Source of the DNA: Girardia tigrina
Taxonomy: Eukaryota
NCBI GenBank assembly: GCA_001938485.1
Contig: MQRK01246750.1
Coordinates: forward strand, 1-64,000
Length of the DNA: 64,000 nt
Reading direction: 5' to 3'
Under the pieces are notes generated by a model. The model was not told the origin of the DNA, searched no databases, and was given only the letters and a program-made list of their open reading frames with translations. The position numbers and the translations under genes are program-made. Shown one piece after another: positions 1 to 13,906 of the stretch (its first letter is position 1; each line of letters opens with the position of its first letter).

Positions 1-31
<31 letters not shown>

Positions 32-3000
32 TTTTATAAGATCTAAATTTTCCTTTGTAATGTAAAAAACTAAGAAATAATTGGATTGACTGATCTTTAA
101 CACCCTTTAACTTTTTTCACGTTCCCTAACCAAAACAGTGAAAAATATTGTAAAAATAGTGTTTTGGGAGTGATAACAAAACACTATTTTTACTATAAAA
201 TAAAGAACGATAACTAAACTAAATCAGCCTGACTCAATGTATGTTAATGAATTGATTTAGACTAATTTAGCGACAGTAAAAATAAAAATGATAAAATAAC
301 AATCAATGTGCAAATAAAAACGCAGATTATAAATAAAAACCTTTTAATATCGGATAACATGAAATGTCAACAAATTACAATCCGTGTCAAACCAACGGTA
401 AATAATAATTGTAATTTAAATTTGTAATAATCATTAATTTTCATTGATTTTTTTTCAATTAAATTTTTATTAATCTTACAAACAATTAATTCTCAAGTTC
501 TGTTTTTGAGATTGAACGTGTTCAAATAATCAATTCTTTGTGCTGAAATATTATCGCAAGTGCCTTTGTCGATTAATATGTCATTTCTTCTTGAATATTG
601 AGAATAAAAAGATAACAAATGATTTTCTCAAATTATTGTTCAGGGTCGCATAAAATAGATGTTATGTGAGTTAAATAAATTAAACAAAATGTTTTATGGC
701 ATACGGAGATTCGAATGTTTCGTTCAACAGTTTACTAGGCGCTACTGATTGTGGCGCTACATTACATGATAAACTTGGCGATTTGTCATTTGAAAAGCGA
801 TTTGATGATTTTCGATTTTTTTTGAGAAGACTAAAAATCACATTAAAACTCCTCGTCTATCGATCTTGATTTTTTTGTTTTTTTTAACGTTTTGTTACAT
901 TATATTTACCAGAACTGCAAAAGTCATGTTTGTTACCCATTTGTTTTATTTTAATGCAATCGTTTCATTAATAAAACTGTCCTTAAATAACGATGGGTTG
1001 TAAAAAAACAAATAATAAAATAAGTCTTTTAGAAAAAAAACTATCTTGAACACAACATACATCACGCTCAGGAATGCTTATGTGCAGAGAACATCTAAAC
1101 CAGTCAAGATCATGTACATTGACAATCGAAAGATAATCACATACAATCTTTAATTGCTCAGAAGTGTGGTATCACAAATATAAATCTCAATATATGTAGA
1201 TTGTTGAGTTATGAAATGTTTTGAAAATATAAAATAATAATTTGCCATCCTTTTCTTTGCATGAAAATTTTAAGTAGTTAATTACATTTATTTTACTTTC
1301 AGATCACTTTAATTTCGTAATAATAATTCTTTTACCATAAGGTGCAGTAATTCTTTTACGCAATGAAGACATTCTGAACAAGTACTCGGTAACATTATAT
1401 TTTATTTTGTTTTTCTTTCCATTTAAATGTCAACATATTCGAACTATTTGTATTAAAATAATATTCTTTTTATCATTATAATTATTCATAGAAAGCTTTT
1501 GTAGAAGTGAAAGGAATTCCATTCAGCATCGGATACAACTGCAAATTTGTACATATAATTATAATTATACATATAAGTCTTACAAAAAATAATATTATCT
1601 ACAATTTTCAAATGCTAATGAAATAATTTTCTTATTTTCTTTATCAGAAAAATAAAACTGATATTGAGAATAAATATTTGCAGTTTATATTTAATGTGTT
1701 TTTAAAGAAACTGAAAAGAAAAGTTTTTTTAAAAAAATATGTAATCATTCTATTAACACAATTTATTTATTTAAAATTTTAGTTTCTTTTAATTTAAACA
1801 ATATAAATAATTATTTGTTTGATTAATTTAATTTTTTAATATTATTTTGTTTCTTTTTCTAAATTTTTAAAGTTTACATTATATCAGAAAGACGAGATAG
1901 GAAATCGATCCCGAATTCAAGGTGCTATATGGTAGATTGAGGAGACAAACAATCTACTTTAAAAAAAGATATGAATTTTTATGTAATGCAAAATAAGAAA
2001 AAAATGAGGAAAATACATTGACGAAGTTATGGTAAAAGAAGGACACAATTTGCACATAATTTGGTAAAAATAACGGTCTAGTCATACGTTTATCAAATTA
2101 ATTCTAAAGAAAAGTAGTAAACCGTTACAATTAATGGTATATTATCAATCAAAATATGTCAGGATTAACAACCAGCAAAACTAGTAAATCTAAAAATTAA
2201 ATTTTTTATTTCCATTCTTTATGCAAACAGAAATCTACTTTGCCAACAAAGTTTTTAAAATTTAAAAAAAATTCAATTAAAAAAACACAATAAAAATTAA
2301 TATAAACTACTTATAATTTATAAGTAGTTTAAATTTTTTGCAATTAATATTGTTAAGGAACTCCAAACGTTTCGTTTTTTTCCCATTTTGGGATCTTAAA
2401 AAGTTTTTTTCGATGAAATTTTTACATAATCAATTATTGTCATCAAGAATGAGTAAAAAACCTTCCAAAACAGGTTTCTAAATTCCATGGATATATATAT
2501 ATATATATACCTATACTGAAAGTAAGATAAAAAAAGAATGGAATTATAGGGTCTAGTCATCCACAACGGTCACAACTATAAATAATTGACACTGGGGTGC
2601 AGTTTTCTAAGGGTCCCGTAATTTTAAACTAATTTCATTATTTGATATCATGTGTTTATTTAGGAGTGTGTAAATCACTGAAACTAATGATTTTTGTGAA
2701 GAAATATGGAAGAATAATTCTAATTCTATGAATAAAACAATGAACAAACAAGCATTTCATGACATTCTAGTCAGAATGATAAATGGGGCTTATGAAGTAA
2801 AATTATATAAAAAGGTAAATGGTACAGATCTCTATAAAACTTTAAATAGCTTTTGTGAAGAAAAATATAAAAATCATACCATATGAATATGATATTAGTT
2901 TGTTGCAAATGCCTCTAGCGTAGAACTCCTGAGTTCTGGATGCGATGAACTCATTAAAGCGTCTTTGGCGTCTTCTTGGTTTTCGAAGCATCTTTCCAAG

Positions 3001-3050
3001 AGGAAGTTTTCGTAATATTTTTATGAGATATAATTTTAATTTACTTTTTT

Positions 3051-3094
<44 letters not shown>

Positions 3095-4959
3095 TTTATT
3101 TTCCAATTTTAATAAAAATTTTAATTCTTTCTAAAACATCATGAGTATCAGAAATCGTACATTTTGATTTCAAAAGTGACATAAGTCAAAAAAATAAGTT
3201 AATGATGTTATCTTTAATTACAATTTAATGTTATCTCTTTGATTTTAAAAAAATTTAGTTAAAATGTTGAAAACTATATAGCTTCAAAATAGACAGGCGA
3301 GTCAGTTTTTGTACAAAGAGAGACTAGGGGCAGGAATCGATCTGAAAGCAGAAATTAAATAAGAGAACTAATAAAGACCGGCATTGGAAAACTCTTCATC
3401 GTAACTACTAGAAGCTTGGGGATGATTATTCTGAGATGATATGTAACACTTTGAAGGGTGATTATTATTTAAAACTCAGAACTATAACTCCTGCTGTGAT
3501 GATTCAAAGAGAATACCGGATTCTCGAACTATCACTGTGTGATTTGTTTACCCTGATGAAAACATGTTCTGACAAACTAGCAACCAAAACATTCTAGTTT
3601 ACACCAAACGAAAACGTTCCTAAGGGAGCGAGAAGATCACCAAAATAATTTAGGTTGAGGTTCATTATCACTATAAAATTTGTAGAACTAAGTTTCCTCA
3701 AAGAGCTTCTTAGAAAAGGTACTCGAGGAGGAAACATTGTTTTCATGTACCACGTGTTTTATTTTTCTAGACAAAAAAATGTTATTGTAATCAAAAATGG
3801 TGCTTAGATCTTCCCAAATGTTATACTCATTAGATGCTAAAAAAAACTGAGGAAGTGCCATTAGTTCAACTTAGTAAACTAAAATTGTACTAAAACACTA
3901 CGTAAATAACGAGAACGCAGTTTAAGCTGCTGAGAACTCGCTATGAGATCATCAACTTCCACGTCGGTCGATACCGTTAAATTTACTTTATAAATATATA
4001 ATAAAGGTAAATAATTGTGTTTATGTCTTTTAAATTGAGACTTCTACAAATAATATGTAAAATATATAAATAAACTGCGGTTTTTATTATATTGAAATTC
4101 CCAAATTAAAATTCATTCCAATAAATAAAAATAAATAATTAGTTTTTTTCCATAAGGTTTTTGCATTGAAATATTTCAGGAAATATAAATAAAATAAAAT
4201 AATTTATTTTCAATGAAATATTTTTGGAAACGAAAAAGCAATATCTTGAGCAATTGAGCACCGTACTCGTGTTACCTAATTGTTTGATGCTTGACGTTGT
4301 ATTCGATGATTTGTTTTAATGATACTCCAATTTAAACAAATTACTTGCGGCGATAAAAATCAGTTTTCTATTGATCCGATCAATAACTTTCGTTTTTAAC
4401 TAAAATGGGACTCTCTTTTAAATTTTAATGTTATTTATAATATATTTTTCTCTTTTTCCATTGACATTGTCAAATTGATTCGACTTCTCAAAGGTATTAT
4501 TATTATATTATTTAGTTTCAAGACATTTGTATAATGATAATAATACTTTCAGAATATAATATTTTTACGATGGCTTTCTATTTGTCTCCATAGATTGTAC
4601 CTGAAAGACTTTAAAATGTCCATTGTTATTTTAATATTCTACAGTATTTTTAATTTGTATTTATTGTGACTTAAAGTTGCTTTCCATTAACTAAAGCATA
4701 CTTCTGGATTTGATAATAAAGTAATATACTTTATATGTACTATTAATATACAATCAAATGTCCTATTTTGATTTTATTTGGTTGTCAAGTATGCAATTTG
4801 TAAGAATGATTACATATAATTCAAATATTTATAATTTAAAAATGAATTAACATTTTATTTCTCAATTATTTTTATTTGATTGCTACATATCTTGATTATT
4901 GAACACGCCACTAAAAATTAATTAAAATTATTTAAAACTTTTTTTGCAAATTAGTATTT

Positions 4960-7135
4960 TAAAAAGTGAAAAAAGCAGAAATTCGAACTATTATTTAGTA
5001 CGAGTTCATAGGTGGAACCTTAGCATCAAAATAATCAACCATGTGAAACATCTATAGTGTATTTGAATACACTGCTATTAGGGTGAGTCATAAGTTGTGG
5101 GGCACTTTTTATTAAAAATTAAAATGTTCATAAAACAACGCACAATAAAGATTATGATTCGAAATAAAGTCTATTATGTTCAATACATTGTACNNNNNNN
5201 NNNNNNNNNNNNNNNNNNNNNNNNNNNNNNNNNNNNNNNNNNNNNNNNNNNNNNNNNNNNNNNNNNNNNNNNNNNNNNNNNNNNNNNNNNNNNNNNNNNN
5301 NNNNNNNNNNNNNNNNNNNNNNNNNNNNNNNNNNNNNNNNNNNNNNNNNNNNNNNNNNNNNNNNNNNNNNNNNNNNNNNNNNNNNNNNNNNNNNNNNNNN
5401 NNNNNNNNNNNNNNNNNNNNNNNNNNNNNNNNNNNNNNNNNNNNNNNNNNNNNNNNNNNNNNNNNNNNNNNNNNNNNNNNNNNNNNNNNNNNNNNNNNNN
5501 NNNNNNNNNNNNNNNNNNNNNNNNNNNNNNNNNNNNNNNNNNNNNNNNNNNNNNNNNNNNNNNNNNNNNNNNNNNNNNNNNNNNNNNNNNNNNNNNNNNN
5601 NNNNNNNNNNNNNNNNNNNNNNNNNNNNNNNNNNNNNNNNNNNNNNNNNNNNNNNNNNNNNNNNNNNNNNNNNNNNNNNNNNNNNNNNNNNNNNNNNNNN
5701 NNNNNNNNNNNNNNNNNNNNNNNNNNNNNNNNNNNNNNNNNNNNNNNNNNNNNNNNNNNNNNNNNNNNNNNNNNNNNNNNNNNNNNNNNNNNNNNNNNNN
5801 NNNNNNNNNNNNNNNNNNNNNNNNNNNNNNNNNNNNNNNNNNNNNNNNNNNNNNNNNNNNNNNNNNNNNNNNNNNNNNNNNNNNNNNNNNNNNNNNNNNN
5901 NNNNNNNNNNNNNNNNNNNNNNNNNNNNNNNNNNNNNNNNNNNNNNNNNNNNNNNNNNNNNNNNNNNNNNNNNNNNNNNNNNNNNNNNNNNNNNNNNNNN
6001 NNNNNNNNNNNNNNNNNNNNNNNNNNNNNNNNNNNNNNNNNNNNNNNNNNNNNNNNNNNNNNNNNNNNNNNNNNNNNNNNNNNNNNNTTCAAAAGTACTC
6101 TAATTTCAAATTTTTCCATAATTTTCTAAAATGTTTAAAAAATTAGAATGAACATAAAATCATGATTTTCTTACAAATACTGAAACTTCAGTTTATAAGC
6201 TTTATTACGATATACAAATTCAATTAATATCGATTCGACAATTCATGTTGTAATTAAAGATAATTACTTTGGAAAGAGTGCCCCACAACTTATGACTCAC
6301 CATAATACTACGCAGCAGACAGTCTCCAATAGGTTAATGAAATTCGTGAAAGGTAATACTAACCTTAATAATGAGTCTCGGGGCTGCCCATGAACACAGA
6401 TAGACAGTAAAAGAACTGAAGGTAACCATTGTGTCGGATCCATCACAAAGTTCTCATGATTTATCGCTATGGTTTGCTGTTACAAAGCAAACAATATTGA
6501 ATCACTTTGCTGAAATTGTTAGAGTGAAAAAGATGGATATGTGGATTCCACATGAGTCTTATGAAAAGCAGAAAAAAAGCGTTTAGACAGTTACCTGATG
6601 ATACTTTCTCGTTATAAATATGGTCAAATTTTGAATCGAATTGTCCCTTGTGATGAAAAGTCGATCAAATATGATAACTGGGTTGTCGATCATAGCTGAT
6701 GTCTATTGCAACTAATCAAACAAAACAGCCAGGTTTGAGAAACAGTTCAACTCCAATCTCTCTTCAAGACAATGAAAAATCACATACTGCACTTAAGACC
6801 GTGAAAAAACTACAGGAACTTGAGTAAGAACTTCTACATCATCTTCCATATTCACCAGGCCTAATTAACTGCGATATCTTCCTCAATTTGAACAAATGTT
6901 TTATAAGAAAAGCAATCAATTTCAAAGATTCGTAAAAATGGTCTCCTAGGAATTTTTAGATTCTCGCCCACCAAATTTTTATTTAAATGGCTTGAAAAAG
7001 CTGGTGTTTAAATAAGTGTGTCCATGATATGGGTGCATACTTTGATAAATTACATAAATTTGAGTATTGGTAAATTATCAATAAACGTTGACGTTAGTTC
7101 TAAAATTCTCATATTTTATGACATAATATATTATT
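4960..7135 (+). mobile_element. Old decayed mariner, interrupted by the 5078-6305 element
   Basis: Degenerate motifs IRTII..EF, TVSNRLMKFVKGNTNLNNESRGCP, WIPHE, CDEK, QDNEKSH, LPYSP. Boundaries approximate. Confidence 0.7.
5078..6305 (-). mobile_element. Mariner transposon (interior mostly N gap)
   Basis: About 29-bp TIR ttagggtgagtcataagttgtggggcact with 1 mismatch, TA on both flanks, transposase start MEKFEIRVLL at 6119, about 1.23 kb. Confidence 0.85.
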
Positions 7136-7139
7136 GACT

Positions 7140-7400
7140 TTTCTGAACGTAGGTAGACAATGACAAACTAAATGTAACTGTGGAGTCCGATATGTATCAC
7201 AAAATGTTCCTGATTTATCGCTAACGTATACTGTTATAAAGCAAACAATATTGAATCACTTGGCTCAAATTGGTAAAGTGAAAAAGTTGGATAAGTGAAT
7301 TCAACATGCGCTGAATGAAAAGCAAAAACAAAAGCGTTTGGATGCTTGCTTGATGATTTTTTCTCATTATAAATGTGATCACGTTTTGAATCGACTCGTT
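7140..7400 (+). mobile_element. Second fragment of the same old mariner family
   Basis: Clear similarity to 6400-6645 (aagcaaacaatattgaatcactt...gtgaaaaag...gaaaagcaaaa...agcgttt). Confidence 0.7.
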
Positions 7401-10233
7401 GAAGGATTTATTTATTTTTTATGACTCCGTTTATTTATTTTATTTATTTATTTTAAAACTAATAATCACCGGTCCTCAGTCAATTGGGAGGGAGGAGTTC
7501 TTCTTTCCTCAAATAAAGCAGCAAAATTAATTATTATTAATAATCCCCATAAGCAATTATGAATTTAAAAACAATCGATAATTGAATTCATAATTGCTTA
7601 GGCAATAAAAGAATGCAAATTGGAATCCAATCAAGAAATCAGAAATATCATCACAACGGAAATTAATACCGGCGATTACGAAGAAGCCTATTTACGACAA
7701 TTTCATTTCATTGTCTAACTTTCAACAAATTTTCGTTGTATTTTGTTTGTTGGGACAATTACCGACTTTTTGCCAATATCTTGGATAACCATTCGAACTA
7801 ACATTTTACGTATCGGTACCTATCATATATATATAACCATTTGTGATAGACGTTCAAAGATTCGCTCCAATTCTATATTACGAGTATCTAACGACTTGTA
7901 AACCTGTGAGTAATTGTTGTAAGAATTAAAAAGTTAATTGTTAAACGAGACTTGTATTTTTTTGTTGATCTTACATTCTGGTAACGATTCTAAACAGGTT
8001 CCTCAAACAACATTTAGTTTGGTAAACCTGTTTAGCTCTGCTTTTTTATAGTAAAAAATAACTGATTCGTTTCTTTGGAGAATGAGGGACGAATCCTTTA
8101 TTTTTTACAGTTATTATGAAATGATCACATAAATAATCCTTCGATATTTAAAGGTCAGTTTATCTATCTAGTTTCGCCAGATGATGACGGTTGATCCGTC
8201 GAAATTAGTCACAATAAATTTTGATTATCCTTTTTTTTGTATTTTAGCGATAATTGTAAATATGTATTTAAAATAAAGAATCCGTTGCAAGATTTTGGTT
8301 AGTACTGTTGGATCATTACTGATCCAGATCACACTATTATAAATGTTTGATTATTCAGTATTTGAAAGAAAGAGTTGTATAAACTGATATAAATCTTTTA
8401 TAACAAAAATATCAACATTTCTTTAATAATTTACTTTTTTTAATGCTAGGAAAATGGTACCAAGATTAATGGAAAAAAATGTGAGAAATGAAGCTCATAA
8501 GATTATTTGTTTCAAAAATATAGTTTAACTTTTTAAGTTTTATTTCTAAGTCTAAGGAATTTTTACGTTCCACACCGAGGACCCTAAATAAAATTCTTTT
8601 TTTATCAAATTAGTAAAAATATTATAACGATGGCAATATATCATATTTTATGTACTTTAGAAAAAGCAAAAAAAAATATATATTTTCCCGTTTCTTCCCC
8701 ATAATAATAAATCCTCCTTTAATTCATCGTACCATATGACAATCTTGATTGCTTGGTTTCCTGAATTTTATATTATAAATTTTCTTTTATCAAGTTTTGT
8801 AATATTAGTTCCGTATAAGAAACATTTATTTTCTTCCAATAACGACGACCTTGTAAATTATGATTATTATTTCCAATTTAAAATAATATTTTTGAAATAT
8901 TATATCAAGAAAAAAATTTTTCTTAAAAAAATCCATCATAAATTTAATTAATATTTTTAATATTTTATATCAAAATTGTTGGGGTTATAGAAAAATATAT
9001 ATTTAAATTTAATTTGAAAATATTGTTTTTAAAAAAAATAATAAATAATATAATAAAAAATGGTTGAATTAATTTTTGCAATACAAATTAAGGGTGGTTT
9101 AATTAAAAAATAAAATTTATTAGGATATTTAAATATTTTATTTTTAAAATTTGTTTTACTGTTTCAATGTAATAAACAAGTAATATTTGCTATTTAAGCA
9201 GAGACAAATTGAGTATAACACACTACAGAAATTTTTACTAAAACTCAATTCCAAGCTAAACGGTAATCTTGGTTCATTTAAATAATCTTTTTGTAAAATA
9301 AAAGGAATATTAAGAAAGTATTAGTATCCTGTAAAGGAGAAGTTAAGTTTTAAATAAATTATTCTAGCATCGCTCGAACTAAGAAGTTGTTGTAACTGTT
9401 TGATCGAAGTGTGATCTTTGAATTTTAGCGTACTGATAGAGTTGAATTTATATTTGTACTTCAATTGTTGTTTGCAAAATAAATTATTATTAAAAGGATT
9501 TGTTCATTCTTCATATATTATTGTTGGAGGAAACCTTTTGGTCATTCGCGAGTCAGATTAAAAAAAAATAAATTTAAAACTAAATTTAGTTACAATACCC
9601 AACAAAATTAAACGTGAAAGGAGTAATTTTGATGGGATAAATTGATTAATTTAAACTAAAAATTCACCTGGAACTTCCGATTCTTTGTATTGATTTATTA
9701 TTATCCTATAATCGAATTCAATTTACTTCTTTGTTTTAATGAATCGAAAAAAATAATCTTTAACTTCATTTTCACACTGTTTAAAGAGTTAAAAATATAA
9801 TGTCAATTATTATTAATTAATATTTTCTAAATTTTAATCCAATAGATTTTGATATATTTAATATTTTCACTATATATTATTTTTTTCTATTTTTTTCATT
9901 ATTTAAAAATAAAGAAAATAAATCAGGATTAATCTATTTTTTTCTGGATTTTAAAATATTTTGAGGGATTTTTTATGGATTGTGAATAATTGGATGTGAT
10001 TTATGAAGGACTGTTAATAAGATTGAAATTAATCTCCGTCAGTCGCGCAAGGAAACATTAAATTTTAATAATTGTAATTTTCATATTTTTTCTATCTCAA
10101 TTTAACCAAAATTTATTGAAATTATTTATTATTTTTTCATTTTAATAAAATTAATCTACTAATTTTCATAATGTAAAAATACAAATGTTTACAAGCTAAT
10201 TTATTCATGTTTAATTTAAACAACTGAGAAATA

Positions 10234-10996
10234 CAGTCGCGAGCAAAAGTAATGGGCCACCTAGGTAAAATATCTATTTCATTAGAAATAGGCACTTGAC
10301 TAAAACAATATGCTATATAATAAGTTATATATTATTTCTGAAGGNNNNNNNNNNNNNNNNNNNNNNNNNNNNNNNNNNNNNNNNNNNNNNNNNNNNNNNN
10401 NNNNNNNNNNNNNNNNNNNNNNNNNNNNNNCAGTAATTTGGTCAAAATTGGGAAAACGTGTTCAATAACAAGGAAAGTGCAGCACTATGATATTATTATG
10501 ACACAAAAACACAACATAAAGTACTGGAGCATCTTTCTAATACTTCACAAGATACCCTTTATTTCGAATGACCTCTTTTAATCTAGCTGGGATGCTCTCG
10601 AATAACTTCTTTACTTCATTTATCGTGATACCATTCCATTCTTCTTGGGTTATCTCCCATAATTGTTCGNNNNNNNNNNNNNNNNNNNNNNNNNNNNNNN
10701 NNNNNNNNNNNNNNNNNNNNNNNNNNNNNNNNNNNNNNNNNNNNNNNNNNNNNNNNNNNNNNNNNNNNNNNNNNNNNNNNNNNNNNNNNNNNNNNNNNNN
10801 NNNNNNNNNNNNNNNNNNNNNNNNNNNNNNNNNNNNNNNNNNNNNNNNNNNNNNNNNNNNNNNNNNNNNNNNNNNNNNNNNNNNNNNNNNNNTAATAAAA
10901 TTGCTTAGTTTTAACTCATTATAACCTAATTTTCATATGGAAAATAATAGATTTACAAAATTATTATAGGTGGCCCATTACTTTTGCTCGCGACTG
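10234..10996 (-). mobile_element. Tc1-like element (gapped or internally deleted)
   Basis: Perfect 30-bp TIR cagtcgcgagcaaaagtaatgggccaccta with TA flanks. Minus strand encodes a Tc1 C-terminus, EQLWEITQEEWNGITINEVKKLFESIPARLKEVIRNKGYLVKY*. Confidence 0.9.
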
Positions 10997-11329
10997 TATT
11001 TTTTTAATTTATTTTATTTTAATAATATTTTTTTACATAAAAGAAAATATTATTCTGTTAAATAATTTTTATTATAAAATATAATTAGTTTTATATCAAC
11101 ATCTTGAGTAGAGGATTCGTTTTGTGCTTAAGGAAATTTTGAGATTTGCGTCGGTTTTAATTAATGGTATTAAAATTTCAATAAAACAGGACAGAAAACT
11201 CTCGGAATAAAACCCTGTCGACAAAAACACTTCGGAAATCGAACCTCCATAACAGAAACTGATGTTGTATGTTTTTACAAGATATTTTGTGCTCTCACGT
11301 ATAAAACCGGTGAATTAAATCAAAAACGA

Positions 11330-11675
11330 GAAATGTTTGAAGTACTACTGAAGAATGCTGAAAAATGCTGAAAGAAGGACAAACGACTTTGACTGGGAGA
11401 GAGCGACAGATGAAGGAATGAAATGAAAAGAAGAGACAATCAAAAGAATGAGGCTAAAATTTCATGGATATCAATTGAAAAAGCAAGTACTAGTAAATTT
11501 TATGATTCAGGGAAGAGTTGAGAGACAAAAGAGTCAATGAGAAAATGACTTAAAAGAATCGATCGGATAGAACTTGGAAGGTTGAAGAAGAGCAGCTACA
11601 AACAGAGAGTAGTGACGAAAGCTTGTGTACAATCTGGAGCACCAATAGCCAAATGTTTAAGGTTCAAAAGAAGAT
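11330..11675 (+). mobile_element. Decayed RTE-like LINE 3' end
   Basis: Remnants RMLK.., IKRMRLKFHG, IQGRVE, RRAATNRE.(W)RKLV, typical of RTE C-termini. Confidence 0.5.
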
Positions 11676-13011
11676 AATGGTTATAAATAAATTTAAAGAA
11701 TAATTGAAATCTTTTTTTTTAAATTTAGAAGATATTTGACGTAAAATATATTTTAAAATAGCATTGCATTGTATCCATTTGCTTTTGGAAATGCAGTTTA
11801 TAAAGAAATATAACGAAACAAGCAGTTTAATCGGTGGTTTATAGGAGGTTTTTATTTTAGGGGGTAAGAGCGAGTTTTATTTTCTGGCGGCTTTATGTCA
11901 AATATATCTTCAACATTAGATTTAAACCATATTCAAGTACTTGAAGAATTTCTTATCTCACTTAACTCAACTATCACTTTGTTTCGTTTTCTTCACAGTA
12001 AAAACTCTATTTCCGTTAAGCAATTCAGAGTAAGAAATTTTATGGGGCAATGGGATTTAAGGTAAAAAGTTTCTTTTGTAGCATTTTCGTCAATTGGAAA
12101 TCTCAAAAGGATTTTATATTTATTAATAATAGTTCTGAATCAGATGTCCTTCTTTGTATGGTATTCTCAAATGTTTTTCTAAGACGTTTTCCTTGTAACA
12201 CTTGTCGTGTTGATCCCTAACGTTAAGCATATTAATAGGGAAGAAGTCAAGATAAGACATAAAGACAGGAAATTTGTCAGCCTAAAGCTCTAAAAGAGAG
12301 ATGTTGAAGAAGTTTCTTGTAGTTAGTGGATTTAAGGTTATACAAACTCTCCTTAAATAATCTTTGCTTTCATTAGTGATAGAAAAATGTTTAATATTGT
12401 GTATTCATTCAAACATTTTTTCACGAATTGTGTATTCATATCTCTTAGACTATACAATTTTTCTTTAAAAATTGTGGATACCCGACCAAATGAACAGTAA
12501 TGTGGGAATCAGTACTACCAATTTAGTCAGGATTTTTTAATATCTTCTACAACGTAATTATAAAAATAAATTAATTTTATAGAATAATCATATTAAACCG
12601 TACAAAATTGAATTCCAAAACAGATGTTTCCTTTGAATATCCTTAAGTATCCTTTGTAAAGTAAAATTATATATTATTTTTTTATATATTTATAATTTTC
12701 ATTTCTAAAAAAAATAATTAATTCAAAATAATGTTTTTCTTCATAAATTACATTTTTTTGTTTATATTTGAATATTATTCCTTTTAAAACATTTTTTTAA
12801 AAAAAAAGTTGATAAATAGAGATAGCTAATGAAAATATTTGATATTTGATATTTACAAAAATCTTCTGTAAACAATAATGTTTTTCGGACATAATCTTCT
12901 TATGATAATTTTTCGATGATAAAAAAATTACAAAGAATAATTTCAGTGAAATAAGTTTTCAGGTTCATTTTTAGATCAAATTTCGCTTTTCAAACAAAAA
13001 ACAAACATTAC

Positions 13012-13203
13012 CTGACATTTAATTCTAAATTTTATTTCTTCTTCCAATTGATTTTTAAGTAATTCGAGTTGAGTTTTGGACATTTTTGTACTAAAATGAT
13101 GCGGCTGGAAGAACTGAGGACTGAAAAGACTTTCCAGGGTTGGCAATTTGGAATTGGCAGATTTCAGGATTTCTTCAGAAATTTTCGAATTCATTCCGGA
13201 TAA
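13012..13203 (-). CDS. NOS1AP: NOS1AP exon G, coiled-coil region (...QLELLKNQLEEEIKFRIKCQ)
   Basis: 192-nt exon, tttttag|...CAG|gtaatg, phase 0/0. Resembles the NOS1AP coiled coil QVHLLKDQLAAEAAARLEAQ. Confidence 0.78.
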
Positions 13204-13906
13204 CTAAAAATTGTTCCAAGAATTAATTTCTTTCAATTAAAAAAAAGTGTTCAATTAATTAGTCAAATAAAACGTTTTAACAAAACTAAAATAGATGAAG
13301 AAAACAATCATAATAATGTCTAGGCTATTCTTTTGATTAATGTTACACGACATTTACTTAATAATAGAAGAGTTAGGCTTCTTTTATTTTGTTTAAATAA
13401 TGAGATAATTAAAACAAGTCTCTAATTTCTATGACAAGGAATTGCTTTTAAAACTAAGTGTTTAGTATAATTAGAAAAAGTTGTATTATATGCTTCGAAT
13501 GTTTATAAATTTCTTTCTGGAAAATTGCATAAATTATATAATTTTTAGATATTTTACAAAACATTTTCAATTTTTAAAGAAATCAAAAGATTTTTAATGA
13601 TTTTTTAATAAAAAATATATAACCAGTTGTGTCACCGGGTATTATTAGAAAACCCTCTGAAAATATTTTAATACCTTTCAAAATGTCTTTACACAAAATC
13701 AGAAAACTTTTTAATGATATTTGTCTCTAATCTTTTAAATTCTGTTAGGCCAATATTGCTCTTTTTATTTATTTATGCTTTTAAATCCAGTTAAATTGTT
13801 GTAGCGATGCTGCCGCGCTTCGTCTTTTGAGTTACTGATTTAGCTCGGAGACAAATTATTTCGTCCTAACCTTAAGCGAGCAAAGGTGCTCAATAGTCCG
13901 CCGCAA

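Noticed and set aside
1342-1548. Possible small plus-strand exons (AVILLRNEDILNKYS; KAFVEVKGIPFSIGYNCKF)
   Set aside because: No recognisable homology, and such splice-like signals arise often by chance in AT-rich DNA.
5097-6146. Long ORFs (317-349 aa) in the track
   Set aside because: They are runs of N translated as X; only the MEKFEIRVLL start is informative.
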